Source of the DNA: Mesorhizobium sp.
Lineage (GTDB): Bacteria; Pseudomonadota; Alphaproteobacteria; Rhizobiales; Rhizobiaceae
Assembly (NCBI GenBank): GCA_046292285.1
Contig: JBKBRJ010000005.1
Coordinates: 6,537-70,536, forward strand
Direction: 5' to 3'
Length of the DNA stretch: 64,000 bases
The notes below the pieces were generated by a model, which was given only the letters and a program-made list of their open reading frames with translations, made no database searches and was not told the origin of the DNA. The position numbers and the translations under genes were made by a program. Positions 8,797-18,308 of this stretch are shown here, piece by piece. Every line of letters starts with the position of its first letter. Within the stretch, counting starts at the first letter, position 1.

Positions 8797-10572
8797 TCAG
8801 ATCCCGTGTGTCTGCAACCAGAGTTCCAGCAGTCCCGCCTGCCAGAGTTCGGAGCCCTGCAAGGGCGTGATGTGCCCGGATGGATCGGCGAACAGCCGGT
8901 CGAGCCACTCCTGCCGGAACAGTCCGCGCTCGCGGGCGGCCTGCGAGGACAGCGCATCACGCACCAGGTCGAGATACGGCCCGTCGACATATTTGAGCTG
9001 CGGCACCGGGAAGTAGCCCTTCTTGCGGTCGATCACCTCCGACGGCACGATCCGGCGCGCGACGTCCTTGAGGATGCCCTTGCCGCCGTCGCGGATCTTT
9101 TCCTCCGGCGGAATACGCGCGGCGAGTTCGACCAGTTCGTGGTCGAGGAACGGCACCCGCGCCTCCAGCCCCCAGGCCATGGTCATGTTGTCGACCCGCT
9201 TGACCGGGTCGTCGACCAGCATGACCGTCGAATCGAGCCTGAGTGCGCGGTCGACCGGGGTATCGGCGCCGGCCCGCATGAGACGTTCGGCGACGAAGTC
9301 GCGGCTGTGGTCGCCGCCATTGATCCACTCCGGCGAAAGCTGCGTCCTCAGCGTCGCGTGGTCGCGGTCGAGGAAGACGCGGGCGTAGTCGTCCACGACG
9401 TTGCTGGAATTCATCAGCGGCGGATACCAGTGGTAGCCGCCGAAGACCTCGTCGGCGCCCTGCCCCGACTGCACGACCTTGATGTGCTTCGAAACCTCTT
9501 TAGACAACAGGTAGAAGCCGACATTGTCGTAGGAGACCATCGGCTCCGACATCGCCGCGAAGGTTCCCGGCAGCGCGTCCATCAGCTGGTCGGACGGCAC
9601 GAAGATCTTGTGGTGCTTGGTCCCGTAGCGCTCCGCGATCAGATCGGAATAGACGAATTCATCGCCTTTCTCGCCATTGGCTTCCTCGAAGCCGACCGAG
9701 AAGCTCATCAGCCCGTGCTGGCCGGCCTCGGCCAGCAGCCCGACGATCAGCGAGGAGTCGACGCCGCCCGAGAGCAGCACGCCCACGGGCACGTCGGCGA
9801 CCGTGCGCCGTTTGACGGCGAGCCTGAGCGCATCGAGCACACGGTCCGCCCACTCCTCGCGTGACACCGAAGCGTCGCGCGGATCGCGGCCGAAGGGCGG
9901 GTTCCAGTAGACGCGGTCGCAGGTCGTCCCGTCCGGCTCGATCACGCGGATGGTGGCGGGCGGCAGCTTGCGCACGCCTTCGATGATGGTACGCGGTGGC
10001 GGCACGACAGCGTGAAAGCTCATGTAGTGGTGCAGCGCAACGGGGTCGATCGCCGTGTCGACGTCTCCGGCCGCCAGGAGCGCCGGCAAGGAGGATGCGA
10101 AGCGGATCCGGCCCGGCGTTTCGGCGAGGTAAAGAGGCTTGATGCCGAAACGGTCCCGCGCCATCACGATGCGGCCGCTGTCGCGCTCCTGAATCACGAA
10201 GGCGAACATGCCGTGGAACCGCTCCACGCAGGCCTCGCCCCATTCGCGCCAGGCCTTCAGGATCACCTCGGTGTCGCCGGTGGAGAAGAAGGAATAGCCC
10301 TCGCCTTCGAGTTCGGCGCGCAGTTCGGGGTAGTTGTAGATACAGCCGTTGAAGGCGATGGTGAGCCCGAGGCCGGAATCCACCATGGGCTGCTGCGCCC
10401 TCTCCGACAGGTCGATGATCTTGAGCCTGCGGTGCCCGAACCCCGCGTTGCCGTGCATCACCAGCCCGGCCCCGTCCGGCCCCCTCGGCGCCATCATGTC
10501 GGTCATTTTCGCGATCGCGATCGGAGACGGCGCCGTGCCGTCCAGTCTTATTTCACCACAAATTCCGCACAT
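8797..10572 (-). CDS. asnO: N-acetylglutaminylglutamine amidotransferase (asparagine synthetase B-like)
   Basis: N-terminal MCGI Ntn-glutaminase start, plus the SGGVDSS PP-loop of asparagine synthetases. First gene of the asnO-ngg-peptidase trio. Confidence 0.9.
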   Translation of the reverse strand: MCGICGEIRLDGTAPSPIAIAKMTDMMAPRGPDGAGLVMHGNAGFGHRRLKIIDLSERAQQPMVDSGLGLTIAFNGCIYNYPELRAELEGEGYSFFSTGDTEVILKAWREWGEACVERFHGMFAFVIQERDSGRIVMARDRFGIKPLYLAETPGRIRFASSLPALLAAGDVDTAIDPVALHHYMSFHAVVPPPRTIIEGVRKLPPATIRVIEPDGTTCDRVYWNPPFGRDPRDASVSREEWADRVLDALRLAVKRRTVADVPVGVLLSGGVDSSLIVGLLAEAGQHGLMSFSVGFEEANGEKGDEFVYSDLIAERYGTKHHKIFVPSDQLMDALPGTFAAMSEPMVSYDNVGFYLLSKEVSKHIKVVQSGQGADEVFGGYHWYPPLMNSSNVVDDYARVFLDRDHATLRTQLSPEWINGGDHSRDFVAERLMRAGADTPVDRALRLDSTVMLVDDPVKRVDNMTMAWGLEARVPFLDHELVELAARIPPEEKIRDGGKGILKDVARRIVPSEVIDRKKGYFPVPQLKYVDGPYLDLVRDALSSQAARERGLFRQEWLDRLFADPSGHITPLQGSELWQAGLLELWLQTHGI

Positions 10573-10684
10573 CGACGCGTGCCCGAGCCTCCGTTGTCAT
10601 TGAAAAAATCTTCGCTATCCAATTGAATTCACTCCCGAAACATTCGCGATCGAATGGGGAGCCGCAGCAGGTGGACAGGGTGGC

Positions 10685-10709
10685 AACGTGGCGGGGGAAG
10701 AAGGGTTCC
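10685..10709 (-). promoter_or_regulatory. EcfG-type (general stress response ECF sigma) promoter motif upstream of asnO
   Basis: The minus strand reads GGAAC-ccttcttcccccgcca-CGTT, an exact GGAAC-N16-CGTT. The -10 element lies about 113 nt upstream of the asnO ATG. Confidence 0.45.
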
Positions 10710-10832
10710 AGCAAAAACGCACCGCGCGCTGCCTGACAGAAGCGCTTAACGGCCCATCGGGAAGCCGGAGGACCGTTCAGTGGAAAATTGATGCGGTTCG
10801 GCGCGGTTCGTCGCGCTGCCGTCGTCGACTGT

Positions 10833-11192
10833 TCAGAACAACCGTCCGCCGTCCGGCACCTTGAGGTCGATGGCCGCGAGCACGACGGCGCCCTCCTCGT
10901 CGGGGAAGCCCAGCGTCAGGACCTCCGACATGAACTTGCCGATCTGGCGCGGCGGGAAGTTGACGACCGCCATCACCTGGCGGCCGACGAGGTCCTCGGG
11001 CTTGTAGTACTTGGTGATCTGCGCCGACGACTTCCTGACCCCGATCACGGGACCGAAATCGATCCGAAGCTTGATCGCCGGCTTGCGCGCCTCGGGAAAG
11101 GGCTCGGCCTCGACGATGGTACCGGCGCGGATGTCGACCTTATCGAAATCCGCAAACGAGATCTCCGGCTTGCGCTCCGCGCCACCGCTCAT
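10833..11192 (-). CDS. tRNA-binding protein (CsaA/EMAP-domain)
   Basis: 119 aa with [32 protein letters not shown]...[27 protein letters not shown]. Start re-set to the internal ATG. Confidence 0.8.
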   Translation of the reverse strand: MSGGAERKPEISFADFDKVDIRAGTIVEAEPFPEARKPAIKLRIDFGPVIGVRKSSAQITKYYKPEDLVGRQVMAVVNFPPRQIGKFMSEVLTLGFPDEEGAVVLAAIDLKVPDGGRLF

Positions 11193-11194
11193 GG

Positions 11195-11695
11195 TCAGGC
11201 CGACCCGTGCGTCTCGAACAGCACGCTCTGCAGCGCGTCGCGCGCCGAAACGCCCGACCAGACCACGAACTGGAAGGCCTGGAAGTAGCATTCGCAGGCT
11301 TCCAGCGCGGTGGACAGCAGCACTTCGACCTGCTGCCCGGTCGGCTCGACGCCGCCGTTCAGCAGCAGGGCCTGGCGGAACATGATCGCGCCTTCCTGCT
11401 CCCAGAGGTCGAAATGGCCGAACAGCATCTGCTCGTTGATCAGCGCCAGCAGCCGCATCACCTCGGTGACGCGCGGCTCCGAGACCTTGATGTCGAAGGC
11501 GCAGGCCAGGTGCAGCGCCTCGAAATCCTCCATCCACGAGAAGGAGATGTGATAGTCGGTCCAGTTGCCGGCGACCGAGATCGCGATCTCGTCGTCGCCC
11601 GCCCGCTCGAACGCCCATTCATTGGCATTGGCGACCGCCTCGATCACATCCACCGGATGCGCTTCGCGAGACAGGTCTATTTCCAGAAGGCTCAT
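11195..11695 (-). CDS. YbjN-domain protein
   Basis: 166-aa acidic protein with a YbjN-like pattern ([29 protein letters not shown]...). Its stop lies 2 nt before the csaA-like start. Confidence 0.7.
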   Translation of the reverse strand: MSLLEIDLSREAHPVDVIEAVANANEWAFERAGDDEIAISVAGNWTDYHISFSWMEDFEALHLACAFDIKVSEPRVTEVMRLLALINEQMLFGHFDLWEQEGAIMFRQALLLNGGVEPTGQQVEVLLSTALEACECYFQAFQFVVWSGVSARDALQSVLFETHGSA

Positions 11696-12028
11696 GGTTG
11701 CTTCCTGTGGCTATGGGAACGCCGACCGCGCGCTCCACTGGAAACGCTCGTGACGCGAACGACGAAACTGGGACGGACTCAAGAAGGCCTCATACCTCCA
11801 CCCGGGCCACCCCTGCCCGGCGCATGTACGAATCATGCTGTAGATTCAGTGTATTGATGCGAGGTCGCGGTGCCAGCGCTTTTTTCTCGCCGGGAGAGCG
11901 GGGGTGTGGATAGAGTGCAAGTCGGCTTGCTGCAACGCAGCGTAAGCGATTCAGCGCGAACGCCTTTTCGCGCTGGCGAGCCTGTGGACAGATTGACGGA
12001 ATTTTAACCCTGACGGCGCTTCGGCGGC

Positions 12029-12319
12029 TTATTCTTCGGCATCCGTCGCGGCTGAAGCGTCTCCGGAGAGCGCCGCGAGCTTCGCCTCGACCTCGTCCAG
12101 GCGGGCCGCGAGCTTCTTGTTCTCGGCCCGCGCCTTCACCGCCATGTCGCGCATCGCCTCGAATTCCTCGCGCTGGACAATGTCCATCGAGTTGAGCATC
12201 CGCTCGGCCTGGGCACGGAAGGCGGTCTCGACCTCGCGCCGGACGCCCTGCGCGGCCCCGGCAGCATCCGTCATCAGCTTGGCAAGGTCGTCCAGGATGC
12301 GGTTCTGTCCGGTGGTCAT
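12029..12319 (-). CDS. UbiK/BMFP-family accessory factor (coiled-coil)
   Basis: 96 aa: MTTGQNRILDDLAKLMTDAAGAAQGVRREVE...VQREEFEAMRDMAVKARAENKKLAARLDEVEAKL. Confidence 0.7.
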   Translation of the reverse strand: MTTGQNRILDDLAKLMTDAAGAAQGVRREVETAFRAQAERMLNSMDIVQREEFEAMRDMAVKARAENKKLAARLDEVEAKLAALSGDASAATDAEE

Positions 12320-12486
12320 GGCGTCTGCCTCATCTGTTTGCGCGGCCGCTCTGGCCGCTGGCTCACTTTCTGACCTAGGCACACGGAGCCGCCTTTGCAA
12401 GACGCATGCCGCGCCCGGTGCGTCGCTCCCTACCGTCAACGTGCCGCGGCGGCGAGGAGTCTTGACCTTTCCGCCCGGCTTCGACC

Positions 12487-13359
12487 ATGGTCCGCCCGCC
12501 GCAACCAGCCCCGGAAAGCCCCTTGGAACATCTTCTCCTGCCGCTCGCGGCCCTGCCCTTTCCCGACATCGACCCGGTGATCGTCCAGGTCGGACCGCTC
12601 GCCGTCCACTGGTACGGGCTCGGCTATGTCGTCGGCATCCTTTTCGCCTGGTGGTACGGCAAGCGCCTGCTCGCGAAGCCCTCGCTGTGGCGCAACGGCC
12701 AGCCGCCGCTGAAGCCGAACGATCTGGACGACTTCATCCTCTGGGCGGCCATCGGCATCGTGCTTGGGGGCCGGATCGGCTACATCCTGTTCTACGATCT
12801 GGCCCGCTACATCGAAAACCCGCTGGCCATCCTCGCCATCTGGGAAGGCGGCATGTCCTTCCACGGCGGCTTTCTCGGCACCACCATCGCCATGATCCTC
12901 TTCGCCCGCTCGCGCGGCGCCAGCGCCTGGAGCATGTTCGACGTGGTGGCGGCGGGCGTGCCGGTCGGCCTCGGCCTCGTGCGCGTCGCGAACTTCATCA
13001 ACTCCGAGCTCTGGGGCCGTGTCACCGACGTGCCATGGGCCTTCGTCTTCCCGAACGGTGGACCGGAACCCCGCCACCCGAGCCAGCTCTACGAGGCGGC
13101 GCTCGAAGGCCTGGTGCTGTTCGTCGTCCTGCGCCTGCTCACCCACGGCTTCCTGAAACTCAAAAGTCCGGGCTTCGTGGCCGGCGCCTTCGTGGCCGGC
13201 TACGGCCTGTCGCGGATCGCGGTGGAGTTCTTCCGCGAGCCCGACGCGCAGCTCGGCTATCTCTTCGGCGGCTGGCTGACCATGGGCATGGTGCTGTCGC
13301 TGCCGATGGTGCTCGTCGGCGTCTGGGCCATGCTGCGCGCCCGAAACGCCGCCGCATGA
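12487..13359 (+). CDS. lgt: Prolipoprotein diacylglyceryl transferase
   Basis: Lgt signature ([50 protein letters not shown]). Confidence 0.9.
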   Translation: MVRPPQPAPESPLEHLLLPLAALPFPDIDPVIVQVGPLAVHWYGLGYVVGILFAWWYGKRLLAKPSLWRNGQPPLKPNDLDDFILWAAIGIVLGGRIGYILFYDLARYIENPLAILAIWEGGMSFHGGFLGTTIAMILFARSRGASAWSMFDVVAAGVPVGLGLVRVANFINSELWGRVTDVPWAFVFPNGGPEPRHPSQLYEAALEGLVLFVVLRLLTHGFLKLKSPGFVAGAFVAGYGLSRIAVEFFREPDAQLGYLFGGWLTMGMVLSLPMVLVGVWAMLRARNAAA

Positions 13360-13420
13360 CCCCGTTTCGTGCAGGTGACGCGGCATGACGCCCCGTCGTA
13401 CAGGTGACGCGGCATGACGC
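13354..13420 (+). repeat. 29-bp tandem repeat (about 2.3 copies) spanning the lgt stop and the next gene's start
   Basis: Units start at 13354, 13383 and 13412 (GCATGAC[C/G]CC.. ..CAGGTGACGCG). Each carries an overlapping ATGA start/stop. Confidence 0.9.
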
Positions 13421-14472
13421 CGCTGGGCGGGAAGATCGCCGCGCTGGTCGCGCAGGCGGGCCCGATCGGCATCGCCGAATACATGGCGTTCTGCCTGTTC
13501 GATCCCGAGCACGGCTACTACACGACGCGCGAGCCCTTCGGATCGGCGGGCGACTTCACCACCGCGCCGGAGGTGAGCCAGATGTTCGGAGAACTGGTCG
13601 CCGTCTGGGTCTACATGGCCTGGCAAGGCGCCGGCGGGCCGTCCGAGGTCTGCGTCGCAGAACTCGGCCCCGGCCGTGGCACGCTGATGAAGGACATGGT
13701 CCGAACGCTGGCGCAGTTCGACCGCGCCTTCGTCGAGCGGACCCGGTTCGCGCTGGTCGAGGCGAGCCCGCGCCTCGTCGAAGTGCAGCGCCGGACGCTC
13801 GCGCCCGCGCCCGGCCGCTTCGAGTGGCACGAGCGCGTGGAACAGTTGCCGGACCTGCCGACGATCTTCGTCGGCAACGAGATCTTCGACGCGCTTCCCA
13901 TGCGCCAGTTCGTCAAGCATGGCGAACGATGGCTGGAACGTTGCGTCGGCGTCGACGATACCGGCGGCCTGCGCTTCGTGCTCGGCGCTGGAACCGCGGA
14001 GGCGGCCCTGCTACCGCCCGGCGCGGATCGCGCCCTGGACGGGACCGTAGCGGAGATAGCGCCGGCCCGCGACGCCTTCATGCAGACGGTCGCCGAACGC
14101 ATCGCGCGGTTCGGCGGGGCGGCGCTGTTCTTCGACTACGGCCACCTCGAACCGGGGCTCGGCGACACGCTGCAGGCCGTGCGCCGCCATGCGCCCGACG
14201 GCGTGCTCGATCATCCCGGCGAGGCCGACCTGACGAGCCATGTCGATTTCCATCGTCTCGGCGCGATCGCCGAGCAGTGCGGCCTGGCGATCCAGACGGC
14301 GACGCAGCGCGATTTCCTGCTTGCCATGGGACTTGCCGAACGCGTCGAGGCACTGTCGGCCGGCAAGGGCGAGGAGGAGCGCAACCGGATCGCGGGCGAA
14401 GCGGAACGCCTGGCGGCGGCCGAGGCCATGGGCGAGCTGTTCAAGGTCCTGCTCGTGACCCGCCCGGCCTGA
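13414..14472 (+). CDS. Class I SAM-dependent methyltransferase (NDUFAF7/MidA-like, COG1565)
   Basis: GDFTTAPEVSQMFGEL...ELGPGRGTLMKD...FVGNEIFDALP... pattern. It occupies the conserved position between lgt and pgeF. Confidence 0.8.
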   Translation: MTPLGGKIAALVAQAGPIGIAEYMAFCLFDPEHGYYTTREPFGSAGDFTTAPEVSQMFGELVAVWVYMAWQGAGGPSEVCVAELGPGRGTLMKDMVRTLAQFDRAFVERTRFALVEASPRLVEVQRRTLAPAPGRFEWHERVEQLPDLPTIFVGNEIFDALPMRQFVKHGERWLERCVGVDDTGGLRFVLGAGTAEAALLPPGADRALDGTVAEIAPARDAFMQTVAERIARFGGAALFFDYGHLEPGLGDTLQAVRRHAPDGVLDHPGEADLTSHVDFHRLGAIAEQCGLAIQTATQRDFLLAMGLAERVEALSAGKGEEERNRIAGEAERLAAAEAMGELFKVLLVTRPA

Positions 14473-14632
14473 GCGGACATGGCGACTGCTTCTAGGACAA
14501 TCGCGAAGTGTCGCCGTCGCGCCGTTTCGGCGGCTCGCGATGCGTCATCCCGCAGCCGGCACCCGTCGCATTGACTTGGCTACCCCCCTGCCCCACCATC
14601 CGCCGCCGAGGGTAACGATCATCAGGACCACC

Positions 14633-15424
14633 ATGTTTCATGCAGAGCGGCCGGCTCCGCTCCGGTCTCCCGCGCTGGACGCCATGGCGCCGGATGGCGT
14701 GCGCCACGGCTTCTTCACCCGCCAGGGCGGCGTTTCGACGGGCGTCTATGGCGGCTTGAACGTGGGGCTTGGTTCGCATGACGAACGGGCCGCCGTGCTG
14801 GAGAATCGGGCCCGCGTCGCCGCCCATCTCGGCGTGACGCCCGACCGGCTGTGCACGCCGCACCAGATCCATTCGCCGCGCGCAGTCACCGTCACGGCCC
14901 CGTGGGCGGAGCGGCCGGAGGCCGACGCCGTCGTCACCGACCGCCCGGGCCTGGCGCTCGGCGTGCTGGCCGCCGATTGCGGGCCGGTGCTCTTCGCCGA
15001 CGCGCGGGCCGGCGTCGTCGGCGCCGCCCATGCCGGTTGGAAGGGCGCCCTGGAAGGGGTCCTGGAGGCCACCATCGAGGCCATGACCGCGCTTGGCGCC
15101 GATCCCGCCCGCATCGTGGCGGTGCTCGGACCATCGATCAGCCAGGAGAACTACGAGGTCGGCCCGGAATTCGTGGCCCGCTTCGTGGCGGCGAACGCCG
15201 ACAATCAACGCTGGTTCGCTCCCTCGGCGCGGCCCGGTCATGCGCTGTTCGACCTGAACGGCTACACCGTCGACCGGCTCCTGCGGGCCGGCGTGACGGC
15301 TTCGCATCTCGGCCACTGCACCTATGCCGACGAGGAGCGCTTCTACTCGTACCGGCGCAAGACCCACCGAGCCGAACCCGACTACGGGCGGCAGATATCG
15401 GCAATCGTCCTGGAGGATATCTGA
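14633..15424 (+). CDS. pgeF: Peptidoglycan editing factor PgeF (YfiH/laccase-domain protein)
   Basis: HGFFTRQGGVS...QIHS...ADCGPVLF...AHAGWKG...CTYADEERFYSYRR motifs. Start re-set to MFHAERP. Confidence 0.85.
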   Translation: MFHAERPAPLRSPALDAMAPDGVRHGFFTRQGGVSTGVYGGLNVGLGSHDERAAVLENRARVAAHLGVTPDRLCTPHQIHSPRAVTVTAPWAERPEADAVVTDRPGLALGVLAADCGPVLFADARAGVVGAAHAGWKGALEGVLEATIEAMTALGADPARIVAVLGPSISQENYEVGPEFVARFVAANADNQRWFAPSARPGHALFDLNGYTVDRLLRAGVTASHLGHCTYADEERFYSYRRKTHRAEPDYGRQISAIVLEDI

Positions 15425-16575
15425 TGGCGCTTCACTTCGAACGAACCGAGTTCGACGCCCGGCGCGATCGGCTCGTCATCGAGATGGCCGATCGCAAGCT
15501 CGACGCCATGCTGCTCTTCGCGCAGGAGAGCATGTACTGGCTGACCGGCTACGACACGTTCGGGTTCTGCTTCTTCCAGTGCCTCGTGGTGAAAGCGGAC
15601 GGCACGATGGTCCTGCTGACGCGCTCGGCCGACCTGCGCCAGGCGCGCCACACCTCCACCATCGAGGACATCCGGCTGTGGACCGACCGCGCGGGCGCCA
15701 ACCCTGCGGTGGACCTGCGCAACCTGCTCAACGACCTCGACCTGCTCGGCTGCCAGATCGGCGTCGAGTACGACACGCACGGGCTCACGGCCTTCAACGG
15801 CAGGCGCCTCGACGAGCAGCTCCAGACCTTCGGCAAGATCGTCGATTCCTCCGCCATCATCCCGCGGCTGCGGCTGTTCAAGAGCCCGGCCGAGATCGTC
15901 AAGACGACGCGCGCAGCCGCGCTCGCCGACGACGCGCTCGACGCCGCGCTGCCGCTGATCAGGCAGGGCACGGACGAGGGCAAGATCCTGGCGGCGATGC
16001 AGGGCGCGATCTTCGAGGGCGGCGGCGACTATCCGGCCAACGAGTTCATCATCGGGTCGGGGCCGGACGCCCTTCTCTGCCGCTACAAGGCCGGCCGGCG
16101 CAAGCTCAACAAGAACGACCAGCTGACGCTCGAATGGGCGGGCGCCTTCCATCACTACCACGCGGCGATGATGCGCACGATCGTACTCGGCAAGGTGTCG
16201 AAGCGCCATCAGGAACTCTTCGACGCGGCGCGCGACGCGCTCGTCGCGGTCGAGACCGCGATGGTGCCGGGCAAGACCTTCGGCGACGTCTTCGATGCGC
16301 ACGCGCGGGTCATGGAGGCGCACGGGCTGACGCGCCACCGGCTCAATGCCTGCGGCTATTCGCTGGGCGCCCGCTTCACGCCCTCCTGGATGGACATGCC
16401 GATGTTCTTCGCCGGCAACCCTGAGCCGATCGCGCCGGACATGACCCTCTTCGCCCACATGATCATCATGGATTCCGAAACCGAGACGGCGATGACGCTC
16501 GGCCGGACCTATCTCACCACCGAGGGCGAGGCCCGGCCGCTGTCGCGCCATGATCTGGACTTGATCGTGCGATGA
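15424..16575 (+). CDS. M24-family Xaa-Pro peptidase / creatinase-like hydrolase
   Basis: Creatinase-like N-terminal domain plus an M24 pita-bread fold (FKSPAEI..., HHYHAAMMRT, GYSLG). The ATG overlaps the pgeF TGA (TGATG). Confidence 0.8.
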   Translation: MALHFERTEFDARRDRLVIEMADRKLDAMLLFAQESMYWLTGYDTFGFCFFQCLVVKADGTMVLLTRSADLRQARHTSTIEDIRLWTDRAGANPAVDLRNLLNDLDLLGCQIGVEYDTHGLTAFNGRRLDEQLQTFGKIVDSSAIIPRLRLFKSPAEIVKTTRAAALADDALDAALPLIRQGTDEGKILAAMQGAIFEGGGDYPANEFIIGSGPDALLCRYKAGRRKLNKNDQLTLEWAGAFHHYHAAMMRTIVLGKVSKRHQELFDAARDALVAVETAMVPGKTFGDVFDAHARVMEAHGLTRHRLNACGYSLGARFTPSWMDMPMFFAGNPEPIAPDMTLFAHMIIMDSETETAMTLGRTYLTTEGEARPLSRHDLDLIVR

Positions 16576-16630
16576 AAGCATAAATCCGGCTCGGGACGCC
16601 GATCGGGTCGGCAACAGGGAGAACGGAGAC

Positions 16631-17182
16631 ATGCGCGCAGTCGCGCCGAGGCATGCGTTGCTGGCCGCCTGCCTCGCGATCTCGGCCTGCAGCACGTCCG
16701 AGGCGCTCGATCCCCGCGCGCTGCTCGGCTCGAGAACGTCGGCCGCGCCGGCCCAGCCGCAGACCGCCGCGACACCGCTCCTGCCCGCCGCCACCGGACC
16801 CGTAGCCAATTCGACGCTGCGCATGGAGTTCGCGCCGCTCGTCGGCGCCACGATCGCCGCCGCGACGCCGCTGTCGCAACGGCTGTCGCAGATGGCGCCC
16901 CAGCGCGGTATCGAGATCGTCGCGGACGGGGCGGCTCCCGGCGACTACGTCGTCAAGGGTTACCTCTCGGCGATCGCCGACGGCAATGACACCATCGTCA
17001 TCTTCGTCTGGGACGTGGTCGACGCCAAGGGCACGCGGCTTCACCGCATCCAGGGCCAGGAGCGCGTCGCCGCCAGGGCCGGCGCCGATCCGTGGCAGTC
17101 GGTTCCAAACGCCACCATGGAGCAGATCGCCGACCGCACCCTCGCCGAAATCGTCTCCTGGTCGACGTCGCGAGCCGGGTAA
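16631..17182 (+). CDS. Putative lipoprotein, function unknown
   Basis: Signal peptide with a lipobox (LAACLAISAC|S). An Ala/Pro-rich linker precedes a compact C-terminal domain. Confidence 0.6.
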   Translation: MRAVAPRHALLAACLAISACSTSEALDPRALLGSRTSAAPAQPQTAATPLLPAATGPVANSTLRMEFAPLVGATIAAATPLSQRLSQMAPQRGIEIVADGAAPGDYVVKGYLSAIADGNDTIVIFVWDVVDAKGTRLHRIQGQERVAARAGADPWQSVPNATMEQIADRTLAEIVSWSTSRAG

Positions 17183-17308
17183 AGGCCGTTGGCGCGAAAC
17201 CCTTTCTTGGGAATAGCGGTCGAATAGCGCAGCAGGCGCTTGCAATAGCGCGGTCAGGCGCTAAAAGCCGCCTCACGATCCGTGCGTGGCGTCAGCCGGG
17301 GAAACTGC

Positions 17309-18241
<933 letters not shown>

Positions 18242-18308
18242 GCAGAGCCTATCCCGTCCCGGGTTAACCTCATCTTCAGGATGCGACTGGGCGGGTTCCT
18301 TTACCCAT

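Noticed and set aside
11696-12028. The 333-bp gene-free region between the YbjN-like and UbiK-like genes as a possible sRNA or 6S-like RNA locus. It contains the hairpin CAGCGCGAA-N6-TTCGCGCTG near 11951..11974 and a T6 run near 11880.
   Set aside because: I found no recognisable conserved RNA motif, no promoter-plus-terminator pair in a consistent orientation, and no U-tract after the strong hairpin. It may simply hold the ubiK terminator and the ybjN promoter. RNA-seq or Infernal would be needed to say more.
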